In this document: positions 11,801 through 24,147 of the stretch, in pieces
Layout: each line of letters starts with the position of its first letter
Numbering within the stretch: position 1 is the stretch's first letter
Source: Octopus sinensis
Taxonomy: Eukaryota
DNA length: 64,000 nucleotides
NCBI RefSeq assembly: GCF_006345805.1
Contig: NC_043019.1
Location: 17,421,360-17,485,359 of the forward strand
Direction of reading: 5' to 3'
Position numbers and translations under genes: made by a program
Notes under the pieces: model-generated
Told to the model about the DNA's origin: nothing
Seen by the model: only the letters and a program-made list of their open reading frames with translations
The model's database searches: none

Positions 11801-14800
11801 TCCTCTTTCATTCATTCACTCTCTTCTTTCATTCATTCAGTCTCTTCTCTTTCATTCATTCACTCTCTTCTCTTTCATTCATTCACTCTCTTCTCTTTCA
11901 TTCATTCACTCTCTTCTCTTTTATTCATTCACTCTCTCCTCTTTCATTCATTCACTCTCTTCTCTTTCATTCATTCAGTCTCTTCTCTTTCATTCATTCA
12001 CTCTCTTCTCTTTCATTCATTCACTCTCTTCTCTTTCATTCATTCACTCTCTTCTCTTTAATTCATTCAGTCTCTCCTCTTTCATTGATTCACTCTCTAC
12101 TCTTTCATTCATTCAGTCTCTTCTCTTTCATTCATTCACTCTCTTCTTTCATTCATTCACTCTCTTCTCTTTTATTCATTCACTCTCTTCTCTTTTATTC
12201 ATTCACTCTCTTCTCTTTCATTCATTCACTCTCTTCTCTTTTATTCATTCACTCTCTCCTCTTTCATTCATTCAATCTCTTCTCTTTCATTCATTCACTC
12301 TCTTCTCTTTCATTCATTCACTCTCTTCTCTTTCATTCATTCACTCTCTCCTCTTTCATTCATTCACTCTCTCCTCTTTCATTCATTCACTCTCTCCTCT
12401 TTCATTCATTCACTCTGTTCTCTTTTATTCATTCAGTCTCTTCTTTCATTCATTCACTCTCTCTTTCATTCATTCAGTCTCTTCTCTTTCATTCATTCAC
12501 TCTCTCTTCTTTCATTCATTCACTCTCTTCTCTTTCATTCATTCACTCTTTTCTTTCATTCATTCACTCTTCTTTTATTCATTCACTCTCTTCTCTTTCA
12601 TTCATTCAGTCTCTCCTCTTTCATTCATTCACTCTCTCCTCTTTCATTCATTCACTCTCTCCTCTTTCATTCATTCACTCTCTTCTCTTTCATTCATTCA
12701 CTCTCTTCTTTTATTCATTCAGTCTCCTCTTTCATTCATTCACTCTCTTCTCTTTATTCATTCATCTCTCCTCTTTCATTCATTCACTCTCTCTCTTTCA
12801 TTCATTCACTCTCTCCTCTTTCATTCATTCCGTCTCTTCTTCTTTTCATTCATTCACTTCTCTTTCATCATTCAGTCTCTCCCTTTCATTCATTCACTCT
12901 CTTCTTTCATTCATTCAGTCTCTTTTAATTCATTCAGTCTCTCTTCTCAGTCTCTCTTCTTTCATTCATTCAATCTCTCTCTTTCATTCATTCACTCTCT
13001 TCTCTTTCATTCATTCACTCTCTCCTCTTTCATTCATTCACTCTCTCCTCTTTCATTCATTCACTCTCTCCTCTTTCATTCTCACTCTTTCTCTTTCATT
13101 CATTCACTCTCTTTCATTCATTCACTCTTTTCATTCATTCACTCTCTTTCATTCATTCACTCTCTTTCATTCATTCACTCTCTTCTCTTTCATTCATTCA
13201 CTCTCTCTCTTTCATTCATTCACTCCTCCTCTTTCATTCATCTCTCTTTCATTCATTCACTCTCTCCTCTTTCATTCATTCACTCTCTTCTCTTTCATTC
13301 ATTCACTCTCTCTTACATTCATTCAATCTCTCATTCATTCAGTCTCTCTTTCATTCATTCAGTCTCTCTTTCATTCATTCAATCTCTCATTCATTCAGTC
13401 TCTCTTTCATTCATTCAGTCTCTCTTCATTCATTCACTCTCTCCTCTTTCATTCATTCACTCTCTCCTCTTTCATTCATTCACTCTCTCCTCTTTCATTC
13501 ATTCACTCTCTTCTCTTTCATTCATTCACTCTCTCCTCTTTCATTCATTCACTCTCTTCTCTTTTATTCATTCACTCTCTCCTCTTTCATTCATTCACTC
13601 TCTTCTCTTTCATTCATTCACTCTCTTCTCTTTCATTCATTCACTCTCTTCTCTTTCATTCATTCACTCTCTCCTTTCATTCATTCACTCTCTCCTCTTT
13701 CATTCATTCACTCTCTCCTCTTTCATTCATTCACTCTCTCTTTTATTCATTCAGTCTCTCCTCTTTCATTCATTCACTCTCTCTTTCATTCATTCAGTCT
13801 CTTCTCTTTCATTCATTCACTCTCTCTTCTTTCATTCATTCACTCTCTCTCTTCATTCATTCACTCTCTTCTCTTCATTCATTCACTCTCTCTCTTCATT
13901 CATTCACTCTCTTCTCTTTCATTCATTCAGTCTCTCTCTTTCATTCATTCACTCTCTCCTCTTTCATTCATTCACTCTCTCCTCTTTCATTCATTCACTC
14001 TCTTCTCTTTCATTCATTCACTCTCTTCTTTTATTCATTCAGTCTCTCCTCTTTCATTCATTCACTCTCTTCTCTTTTATTCATTCACTCTCTCCTCTTT
14101 CATTCATTCACTCTCTCCTCTTTCATTCATTCACTCTCTCCTCTTTCATTCATTCCGTCTCTCTTCTTTCATTCATTCACTCTCTCTTTCATTCATTCAG
14201 TCTCTCCCCTTTCATTCATTCACTCTCTTCTTTCATTCATTCAGTCTCTTTTTAATTCATTCAGTCTCTCATTCCTTCAGTCTCTCTTCTTTCATTCATT
14301 CAATCTCTTCTCTTTCATTCATTCACTCTCTTCTCTTTCATTCATTCACTCTCTCCTCTTTCATTCATTCACTCTCTCCTCTTTCATTCATTCACTCTCT
14401 CCTCTTTCATTCATTCACTCTTTCCTCTTTCATTCATTCACTCTCTTTCATTCATTCACTCTCTTTCATTCATTCACTCTCTTTCATTCATTCACTCTCT
14501 TTCATTCATTCACTCTCTTCTCTTTCATTCATTCACTCTCTTCTCTTTCATTCATTCACTCTCTCCTCTTTCATTCATTCACTCTCTTTCATTCATTCAC
14601 TCTCTCCTCTTTCATTCATTCACTCTCTTCTCTTTCATTCATTCACTCTCTCTTACATTCATTCAATCTCTCATTCATTCAGTCTCTCTTTCATTCATTC
14701 AGTCTCTCTTTCATTCATTCAATCTCTCATTCATTCAGTCTCTCTTTCATTCATTCAGTCTCTCTTTCATTCATTCACTCTCTCCTCTTTCATTCATTCA

Positions 14801-17800
14801 CTCTCTCCTCTTTCATTCATTCACTCTCTCCTCTTTCATTCATTCACTCTCTTCTCTTTCATTCATTCACTCTCTCCTCTTTCATTCATTCACTCTCTTC
14901 TCTTTCATTCATTCACTCTCTTCTCTTTTATTCATTCAGTCTCTCCTCTTTCATTCATTCACTCCTCTTTCATTCATTCAGTCTCTCCTCTTTCATTCAT
15001 TCACTCCTCTTTCATTCATTCACTCTCTTCTGTTTCATTCATTCACTCTCTTCTCTTTCATTCATTCACTCTCTTCTCATTTATTCATTCAGTCTCTCCT
15101 CTTTCATTCATTCACTCTCTTCTCTTTTATTCATTCACTCTCTCCTCTTTCATTCATTCACTCTCTCCTCTTTCATTCATTCACTCTCTCCTCTTTCATT
15201 CATTCAGTCGCTCCTCTTTCATTCATTCAGTCGCTCCTCTTTCATTCATTCAGTCGCTCCTCTTTCATTCATTCAGTCGCTCCTCTTTCATTCATTCAGT
15301 CTCTCTTCTTTCATTCATTCACTCACTCTCCTCTTTCATTCATTCACTCTCTCCTCTTTCATTCATTCACTCTCTCCTCTTTCATTCATTCACTCTCTTC
15401 TCTTTCATTCATTCACTCTCTTCTCTTTCATTCATTCAGTCTCTCCTCTTTCATTCATTCAATCTCTTCTCTTTTATTCATTCAGTCTCTTCTCTTTTAT
15501 TCATTCAGTCTCTCCTCTTTCAGTCATTCACTCTCTTCTCTTTCATTCATTCGGTCTCTCCTCTTTCATTCATTCAGTCTCTCCTCTTTCATTTATTCAG
15601 TCTCTCTTTCATTCATTCACTCTCTTCTCTTTCATTCATTCAGTCTCTCCTCTTTCATTCATTCAGCCTCTTCTTTCATTCATTCATTCACTCACTCTCT
15701 TCTCTTTCATTCATTCACTCTCTCCTCTTTCATTCATTCACTCTCTTCTCTTTCATTCATTCAGTCTCTCCTCTTTCATTCATTCAGTCTCTCCTCTTTC
15801 ATTCATTCAGTCTCCCTCTTTCATTCATTCACTCTCTCTCTTTCATTCATTCAGTCTCTCCTCTTTTATTCATTCAGTCTCTTCCTCTTTCAGTCATTCA
15901 CTCTCTTCTCTTTCATTCATTCAGTCTCTCTCTTTCAGTCATTCACTCTCTTCTCTTTCATTCATTCAGTCTCTCCTCTTTTTTTCATTCAGTCTCTCCT
16001 CTTTCATTCATTCACTCTCTTCTCTTTCATTCATTCAGTCTCTCCCTTCTCTTTCATTCATTCAGTCTCTCCCTTCTCTTTCATTCATTCAGTCTCTCCT
16101 CTTTCATTCATTCAGTCTCTCCTCTTTCATTAATTCAGTCTCTCCTCTTTCATTAATTCAGTCTCTCCTCTTTCATTCATTCACTCTCTACTCTTTCATT
16201 CATTCACTCTCTACTCTTTCATTCATTCAGTCTCTCCTCTTTCATTCATTCAGTCTCTCCTCTTTCATTCATTCACTCTCTTCTCTTTTATTCATTCACT
16301 CTCTCCTCTTTCATTCATTCACTCTCTTCTCTTTCATTCATTCAGTCTCTTCTCTTTCATTCATTCACTCTCTTCTCTTTCATTCATTCACTCTCTTCTC
16401 TTTCATTCATTCACTCCTCTTCTTTTCATTCATTCACTCTCTCTCTTTCATTCATTCACTCTCTTCTCTTTCATTCATTCACTCTCTTCTCTTTATTCAT
16501 TCACCTCTCTTCTTTCATTCATTCACTCTCTTCTCTTTCATTCATTCAGTCTCTCTCTCATTCATTCAGTCTATCTCTTTCATTAATTCACTCTCTTCTC
16601 TTTCATTCATTCAGTCTCTCGTCTTTCATTCATTCACTCTCTTTCTTCATTCATTCACTCTTTCTTTCATTCATTCAGTCTCTTCTCTTTCATTCATTCA
16701 CTCTCTTCTTTCATTCATTCACTCTTCTCTTTTATTCATTCACTCTCTTCTCTTCATTCATTCACTCTCTTCTCTTTATTCATTCACTCTCTTCTCTTTC
16801 ATTCATTCAATCTCTTCTCTTTCATTCATTCACTCTCTTCTCTTTCATTCATTCACTCTCTTCTCTTTCATTCATTCACTCTCTTCTCTTTCATTCATTC
16901 ACTCTGTTCTCTTTTATTCATTCAGTCTCTCCTCTTTCATTCATTCACTCTCTTCTTTCATTCATTCAGTCTCTTCTCTTTCATTCATTCACTCTCTCTT
17001 TCTTTCATTCATTCACTCTCTCTTTCTTTCATTCATTCACTCTCTCTTCTTTCATTCATTCACTCTCTCTTCTTCCATTCATTCACTCTCTTCTCTTTCA
17101 TTCATTCACTCTCTCCTCTTTCATTCATTCACTCTCTTCTCTTTCATTCATTCACTCTCTTCTCTTTCATTCATTCACTCTCTTCTCTTTCATTCATTCA
17201 CTCTCTTCTCTTTCATTCATTCACTCTCTTCTCTTTCATTCATTCAGTCTCTCCTCTTTCATTCATTCACTCTCTCCTCTTTCATTCATTCACTCTCTTC
17301 TCTTTCATTCATTCACTCTCTTTTATTCATTCACTCTCTCCTCTTTCATTCATTCACTCTCTCCTCTTTCATTCATTCCGTCTCTCTTCTTTCATTCATT
17401 CACTCTCTCTTTCATTCATTCACTCTCTTCTCTTTCATTCATTCAGTCTCTCCTCTTTCATTCATTCAGTCTCTCCTCTTTCATTCATTCAGTCTCTCCT
17501 CTTTCATTCATTCAGTCTCTCCTCTTTCATTCATTCACTCTCCTCTTTCATTCATTCAGTCTCTTCTCTTTCATTCATTCAGTCTCTTCTCTTTAATTCA
17601 TTCAGTCTCTCATTCCTTCAGTCTCTCTTCTTTCATTCATTCAATCTCTTCTCTTTCATTCATTCACTCTCTCCTCTTTCATTCATTCACTCTCTTCTCT
17701 TTCATTCATTCACTCTCTTCTCTTTTATTCATTCACTCTCTTCTCTTTCATTCATTCAGTCTCTTCTCTTTCATTCATTCACTCTCTTCTCTTTCATTCA

Positions 17801-20800
17801 TTCACTCTCTTCTCTTTAATTCATTCAGTCTCTCCTCTTTCATTCATTCACTCTCTTCTCTTTCATTCATTCAGTCTCTTCTCTTTCATTCATTCACTCT
17901 CTTCTCTTTCATTCATTCACTCTCTTCTTTCATTCATTCACTCTCTTCTCTTTTATTCATTCACTCTCTTCTCTTTCATTCATTCACTCTCTTCTCTTTT
18001 ATTCATTCACTCTCTTCTCTTTCATTCATTCACTCTCTTCTCTTTTATTCATTCACTCTCTTCTCTTTCATTCATTCACTCTCTTCTCTTTCATTCATTC
18101 ACTCTCTTCTCTTTCATTCATTCACTCTCTTCTCTTTCATTCATTCACTCTGTTCTCTTTTATTCATTCAGTCTCTCCTCTTTCATTCATTCACTCTCTT
18201 CTTTCATTCATTCAGTCTCTTCTCTTTCATTCATTCACTCTCTCTTTCTTTCATTCATTCACTCTCTCTTATTTCATTCATTCACTCTCTCTTCTTTCAT
18301 TCATTCACTCTCTTCTCTTTCATTCATTCACTCTCTCCTCTTTCATTCATTCACTCTCTTCTCTTTCATTCATTCACTCTCTTCTCTTTCATTCATTCAC
18401 TCTCTTCTCTTTCATTCATTCACTCTCTTCTCTTTCATTCATTCAGTCTCTCCTCTTTCATTCATTCACTCTCTCCTCTTTCATTCATTCACTCTCTCCT
18501 CTTTCATTCATTCACTCTCTTCTTTTATTCATTCAGTCTCTCCTCTTTCATTCATTCACTCTCTTATCTTTTATTCATTCACTCTCTCCTCTTTCTTTCA
18601 TTCACTCTCTCCTCTTTCATTCATTCCGTCTCTCTTCTTTCATTCATTCACTCTCTCTTCATTCATTCACTCTCTTCTCTTTCATTCATTCAGTTCTCTC
18701 TTCATTCATTCAGTCTCTCCTCTTTCATTCATTCAGTCTCTCCTCTTTCATTCATCAGTCTCTCCTCTTTCATTCATTCACTCTTTCTCTTTCATTCATT
18801 CAGTCTCTCCTCTTTCATTCATTCAGTCTCTCCTCTTTCATTCATTCAGTCTCTTTCTTTCATTCATTCAGTCTCTCATTTTCCTTCAGTCTCTTCTTTC
18901 ATTCATTCATCTCTTCTCTTTCTTCATTCACTCTCTCCTCTTTCTCATTCACTCTCTCCTCTTTCATTCATTCACTCTTTCCTCTTTCATTCATTCACTC
19001 TCTTTCATTCATTCACTCTCTTCTCTTTCATTCATTCACTCTCTCCTCTTTCATTCATTCACTCTCTCCTCTTTCATTCATTCACTCTCTTCTCTTTCAT
19101 TCATTCACTCTCTTCTCTTTCATTCATTCACTCTCTTCTCTTTCATTCATTCACTCTCCTCTCTTTCATTCATTCACTCTCTCCTCTTTCATTCATTCAC
19201 TCTCTCCTCTTTCATTCATTCACTCTCTTCTCTTTCATTCACTCTCTTCTCTTTAATTCATTCAGTCTCTCCTCTTTCATTCATTCACTCTCTTCTTTTA
19301 TTCATTCTCTCTCCTCTTTCATTCATCACTCTCTTCTCTTTCATTCATTCACTCTCTTCTCTTTCATTCATTCAGTCTCTCTTTCATTCATTCACTCCTC
19401 TTCATTCATTCACTCTCTCCTCTTTCATTCATTCACTCTCTCCTCTTTCATTCATTCACTCTCTCCTCTTTCATTCATTCACTCTTCTTTCATTCATTCA
19501 CTCTCTCTCTTTCATTCATTCACTCTCTTCTCTTTCATTCATTCACTCTCTCCTCTTTCATTCATTCAGTCTCCTCTTTCATTCATTCAGTTCTCCTCTT
19601 TCATCATCAGTCTCTCCTCTTTCATTCAGTCTCTCCTCTTCATTCATTCACTCTCTTCTCTTTAATTCATTCAGCTCTCTCATTCATTCAGTCTCTCTTC
19701 TTTCATTCATTCAATCTCTCTCTTTCATTCATTCACTCTCTCCTCTATCATTCATTCACTCTCTTCTCTTTCATTCATTCACTCTCTTCTCTGTCATTCA
19801 TTCACTCTCTTCTCTTTCATTCATTCACTCTCTTCTGTTTCATTCATTCACTCTCTTCTCTTTCATTCATTCACTCTCTTCTCTTTCATTCATTCACTCT
19901 CTCCTCTTTCATTCATTCACTCTCTCCTCTTTCATTCATTCACTCTCTCATTCATTCAGTCTCTCTTTCATTCATTCACTCTCTTCTCTTTCATTCATTC
20001 ACTCTCTCCTCTTTCATTCATTCACTCTCTCCTCTTTCATTCATTCACTCTCTCCTCTTTCATTCATTCACTCTCTCCTCTTTCATTCATTCACTCTCTC
20101 CTCTTTCATTCATTCACTCTCTCCTCTTTCATTCATTCACTCTCTCCTCTTTCATTCATTCACTCTCTTCTCTTTCATTCATTCAGTCTCACCTCTTTCA
20201 TTCATTCACTCTCTCCTCTTTCATTCATTCACTCTCTCCTCTTTCATTCATTCACTCTCTCCTCTTTCATTCATTCACTCTCTCCTCTTTCATTCATTCT
20301 CTCCTCTTTCATTCATTCACTCTCTCCTCTTTCATTCATTCACTCTCTTCTCTTTCATTCATTCACTCTCTTCTCTTTCATTCATTCACTCTCTTCTCTT
20401 TCATTCATTCACTCTCTTCTCTTTCATTCATTCACTCTTATCTCTTTCATTCATTCAGTCTCTCCTCTTTCATTCATTCACTCTCTCCTCTTTCATTCAT
20501 TCACTCTCTCCTCTTTCATTCATTCACTCTCTCCTCTTTCATTCATTCACTCTCTCCTCTTTCATTCATTCACTCTCTCTTACATTCATTCAATCTCTCA
20601 TTCATTCAGTCTCTCTTTCATTCATTCACTCTCTCCTCTTTTATTCATTCACTCTCTTCTCTTTCATTCATTCAGTCTCTCCTCTCTTTTATTCATTCAG
20701 TCTCTCCTCTTTTATTCATTCAGTCTCTCCTCTTTCAGTCATTCACTCTCTCGTCTTTCATTCATTCACTCTCTCTCTTTCATTCATTCACTCTCTCCTC

Positions 20801-20836
20801 TTTCATTCATTCAGTCTCTCCTCTTTTATTCATTCG
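8896..20836. repeat. ~12-kb satellite of ~23-bp units TTCATTCATTCA[G/C]TCTCT[C/T]CTCT (roughly 500+ copies)
   Basis: Continuous tandem array; + strand almost G-free; ends in (CT)n at ~20837-20856. Confidence 0.98.
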
Positions 20837-21242
20837 CTCTCTCTCTCTCTCTCTCTTTCTTACTCATTCTGTCTCTCTCATTCTCTCTCTAGTCAGTACC
20901 TAATTGAATGACAGGTCTTGTACACACCCACTTGTTTTTCTGTATTGGAATTCTATCTTCAAAACTTCACTGGTAAAGTTACGGTTGACTAACTTTACGT
21001 GATGCCTGAGGAGCTGAACTTTATGTTCTATGATGTAATCGGTCACAACTGCATTATATAAATTTCCAGCGAAACACTTGTTGCAAACTCAAATGCCATT
21101 TATCTGTTATCCGTTATAAATTATGCGACACCACAGATTCAGGGATGAATGAGATTATCTGTAATTAATTGGAATGGAGAATTACCCAACAACACTATTA
21201 TGGATTATTCCACTGTCTGCACTGTGTAATAAAATATATGTT

Positions 21243-21277
<35 letters not shown>

Positions 21278-21478
21278 GTTTTTAAATAAATGTCCAGTTC
21301 CTTTGGTTTGTGTCTATGTTTTCGTTTCTCATTGTGTTCGACGTCTTTTTGGTGTCCTGTACTCATATATGCGTGTATATATACATGTAGAGGTAGGTAC
21401 GTACATATATGTTTATATATATGCATATGTTTTATTTTATTTTATTTATATATATATATATATATAAATATATATATT

Positions 21479-21517
<39 letters not shown>

Positions 21518-21519
<2 letters not shown>

Positions 21520-23538
21520 CTACAGAGGTATCAAGCTGTTGGACCAGGTGATGAAGGTTACGGAGAGGGTCATAGCCCAACTAATTAGAGAGAGAGTTAG
21601 TTTAGATGAGATGCAGTTTGGGTTTGTGCCAGGGAAAAGTACTACTGATGCTATATTCCTGGTAAGGCAGCTGCAGGAGAAATACCTAGCCAAAGATAAG
21701 CCCCTGTACCTGGCTTTTGTTGACATGGAGAAAGCCTTCGACAGGGTTCCCCGATCCCTTATCTGGTGGGCAATGAGAAAACTAGGGATAGATGAATGGT
21801 TAGTGAGAGCTGTGCGGGCCATGTATAGGGACGCCGCTAGTAGGGTGAGGGTTGGAAATGAGTACAGTGAAGAATTCCGGGTAGAGGTAGGGGTCCACCA
21901 AGGCTAAGTACTCAGCCCCCTCCTATTTATCATAGTCCTCCAGGCAATAACGGAGGAATTCAAGACAGGATGCCCTTGGGAGCTCCTCTATGCTGATGAC
22001 CTTGCTCTAATTGCTGAGTCACTATCAGAACTGGAGGAGAAGTTTCAGGTGTGGAAACAAGGATTAGAATCGAAGGGCCTCAGAGTCAATCTAGCTAAAA
22101 CCAAAGTCGTAATCAGTAGGAAGGTAGACAAATCACAAACACCTTCAGGTAGATGGCCCTGCTCGATCTGTAGAAAAGGTGTAGGTAGAAACTCTATAAG
22201 ATGCACCAAGTGTAAGCTATGGACACATAAGAGATGCAGCAATGTCAAAGGAAGGCTAACTAGGAAGATGGTTTTTGTATGTGGCAGATGCTCAGGAACA
22301 ATAAACACTGAAAATGCTCTGAGACCAACTTCCGTCACTTTCCAGGGAGAAAAACTAGAAATAGTTGATAGTTTCCATTACCTAGGTGACCAAGTCAGCA
22401 GCGGGGGCGGGGTGTGTGCTGAAAGTGTAACTGCTAGAGTAAGAATAGCTTGGGCAAAGTTCAGAGAGCTCTTACCTCTGCTGGTGAAAAAGGCCTCTCG
22501 CACAGAGTGAAAGGCAGACTGTATGATGCGTGTGTACGAACAGCCATGCTACATGGCAGTGAAACATGGGCCGTGACTGCTGAGGATATGCGTAAGCTCG
22601 CTAGAAATGAAGCCAGTATGCTCCGATGGATGTGTAATGCCGGTACTCACACTCGGCAGAATGTAAGTACCTTGAGAGAAAAGCTGGACCTAAGAAGCAT
22701 CAGTTGTGGTGTGCAAGAGAGACGTTTGCGCTGGTATGGTCATGTGGCGAGAATGGATGAAGATAGTTGTGTGAAAAAGTGCCACACCCTAGCGGTTGAG
22801 GGAACCTGTGGAAGAGGCAGACCCAGGAAAACCTGGGACGAGGTGGTGAAGCACGACCTTCGAACTTTAGGTCTCACTGAGGAAATGACTAGAGACCGAG
22901 ACCTCTGGAAGTGTGCTGTGCGCGAGAAGACCCGGCAGGACAAGTGAGTCCACAACCTGTGGCCTTCTACATGGGATGGAGCCAGCCTACGTATGCAAAC
23001 CTTCCCTTCTTGGGACACAAAACTCTACTTGTGAAGACGTGTTGAGGCAAGTGAGGATCAGAATCGAAATCGATCAATGGAAATTGCGGATGTGCTACCA
23101 GTGCCGGTGGCATGTCGAAACTCTGCTTGTGAAGACCCATTGAGGCAAGTGAGGATCAGAATCGAAATCGATCAATGGAAATTGCAGATGTGTTACCAGT
23201 GCCGGTGGCATGTAAGAGAACTTTCCGTTTCGCGACCGTTGCCAGCACCGCCCCGTTTCGTGTCCGTTGCCAGCCTCGCCTGGCCCTCGTGCCGGTGGCA
23301 CATAAAAAGCACCATCCGTTCGTGGCCGTTTGCCAGCTCTGTCTGGCACCAGTGCGGGTGGCACGTAAAAAGCACCCACTACACTCACGGAGTGGTTGGC
23401 GTTAGGAAGGGCATCCAGCCGTAGAAACACTGCCAGATTTGACTGGGCCTGATGAAGCCTTCTGGCTTCACAGACCCCAGTAGAACCGTCCAACCCATGC
23501 TAGCATGGAAAACGGACGCTAAATGATGATGATGATGA
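21518..23538 (+). mobile_element. 5'-truncated RTE-clade LINE (RT domain, PHD-like finger, 3' UTR, (TGA)n tail), inactivated
   Basis: NYRGIKLL, QFGFVPGKSTTDAIF, FVDMEKAFDRVPR, VHQG*VLSPLLF (stop at 21905-21907), YADD, LHGSETW, RLRWYGHV; frameshift near 22490. Confidence 0.95.
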
Positions 23539-23801
23539 TATATATGATTAAGATTTAGTTGAATTAGGTACTTAAATTGGGGCACTTTACTAGTTCGGTA
23601 TAATCTGCACACCCCAACAATATTATTTGAATATTGAATATCATGACTCTGTATAGAGATATTTGTACCCAACATTCCTGCCATGCATGCGGAAAGCACA
23701 ACCCAGCTAAGTGAAGATATCCGCTGTTGGTAATTCAGACATGTACTTTTTATGAAGATACTTTCTATAGTATTTCTGAAGTGCAGATTCCAAATTCTGT
23801 T

Positions 23802-23859
<58 letters not shown>

Positions 23860-23967
23860 ACATGTAATATATGTGTGTGTATATATCATCATCATCATTT
23901 AACGTCATATATATACACACACACACACACATATATATACGTATATATATATTACATGTAATCATCA

Positions 23968-24118
23968 TCATTATCATCGTTAAATGTCCGTTTTTCATGC
24001 TGGCATGGGTTGGACGGTTCGACCGGGGTCTGGGAAGCCAGGAGGCTGCGCCAGGCTCCAATCTTGATCTGGCAATGTTTCTACGGTTGGATGCCCTTCC
24101 TAACGCCAACCACTCTGA
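23968..24118 (-). mobile_element. RTE LINE 3' tail duplicate
   Basis: CATCATCATCGTTAAATGTCCG...GGATGCCCTTCCTAACGCCAACCAC; repeated again at 24148-24330. Confidence 0.85.
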
Positions 24119-24147
24119 GAGTTATATATACATATATATATACATAT

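Noticed and set aside
8896-19665. 3589-aa, 1647-aa and 932-aa ORFs
   Set aside because: They are artefacts of a nearly G-free satellite that rarely forms stop codons. The 23-bp unit is not a multiple of 3, several frames are open together, and the starts are non-ATG or incidental.
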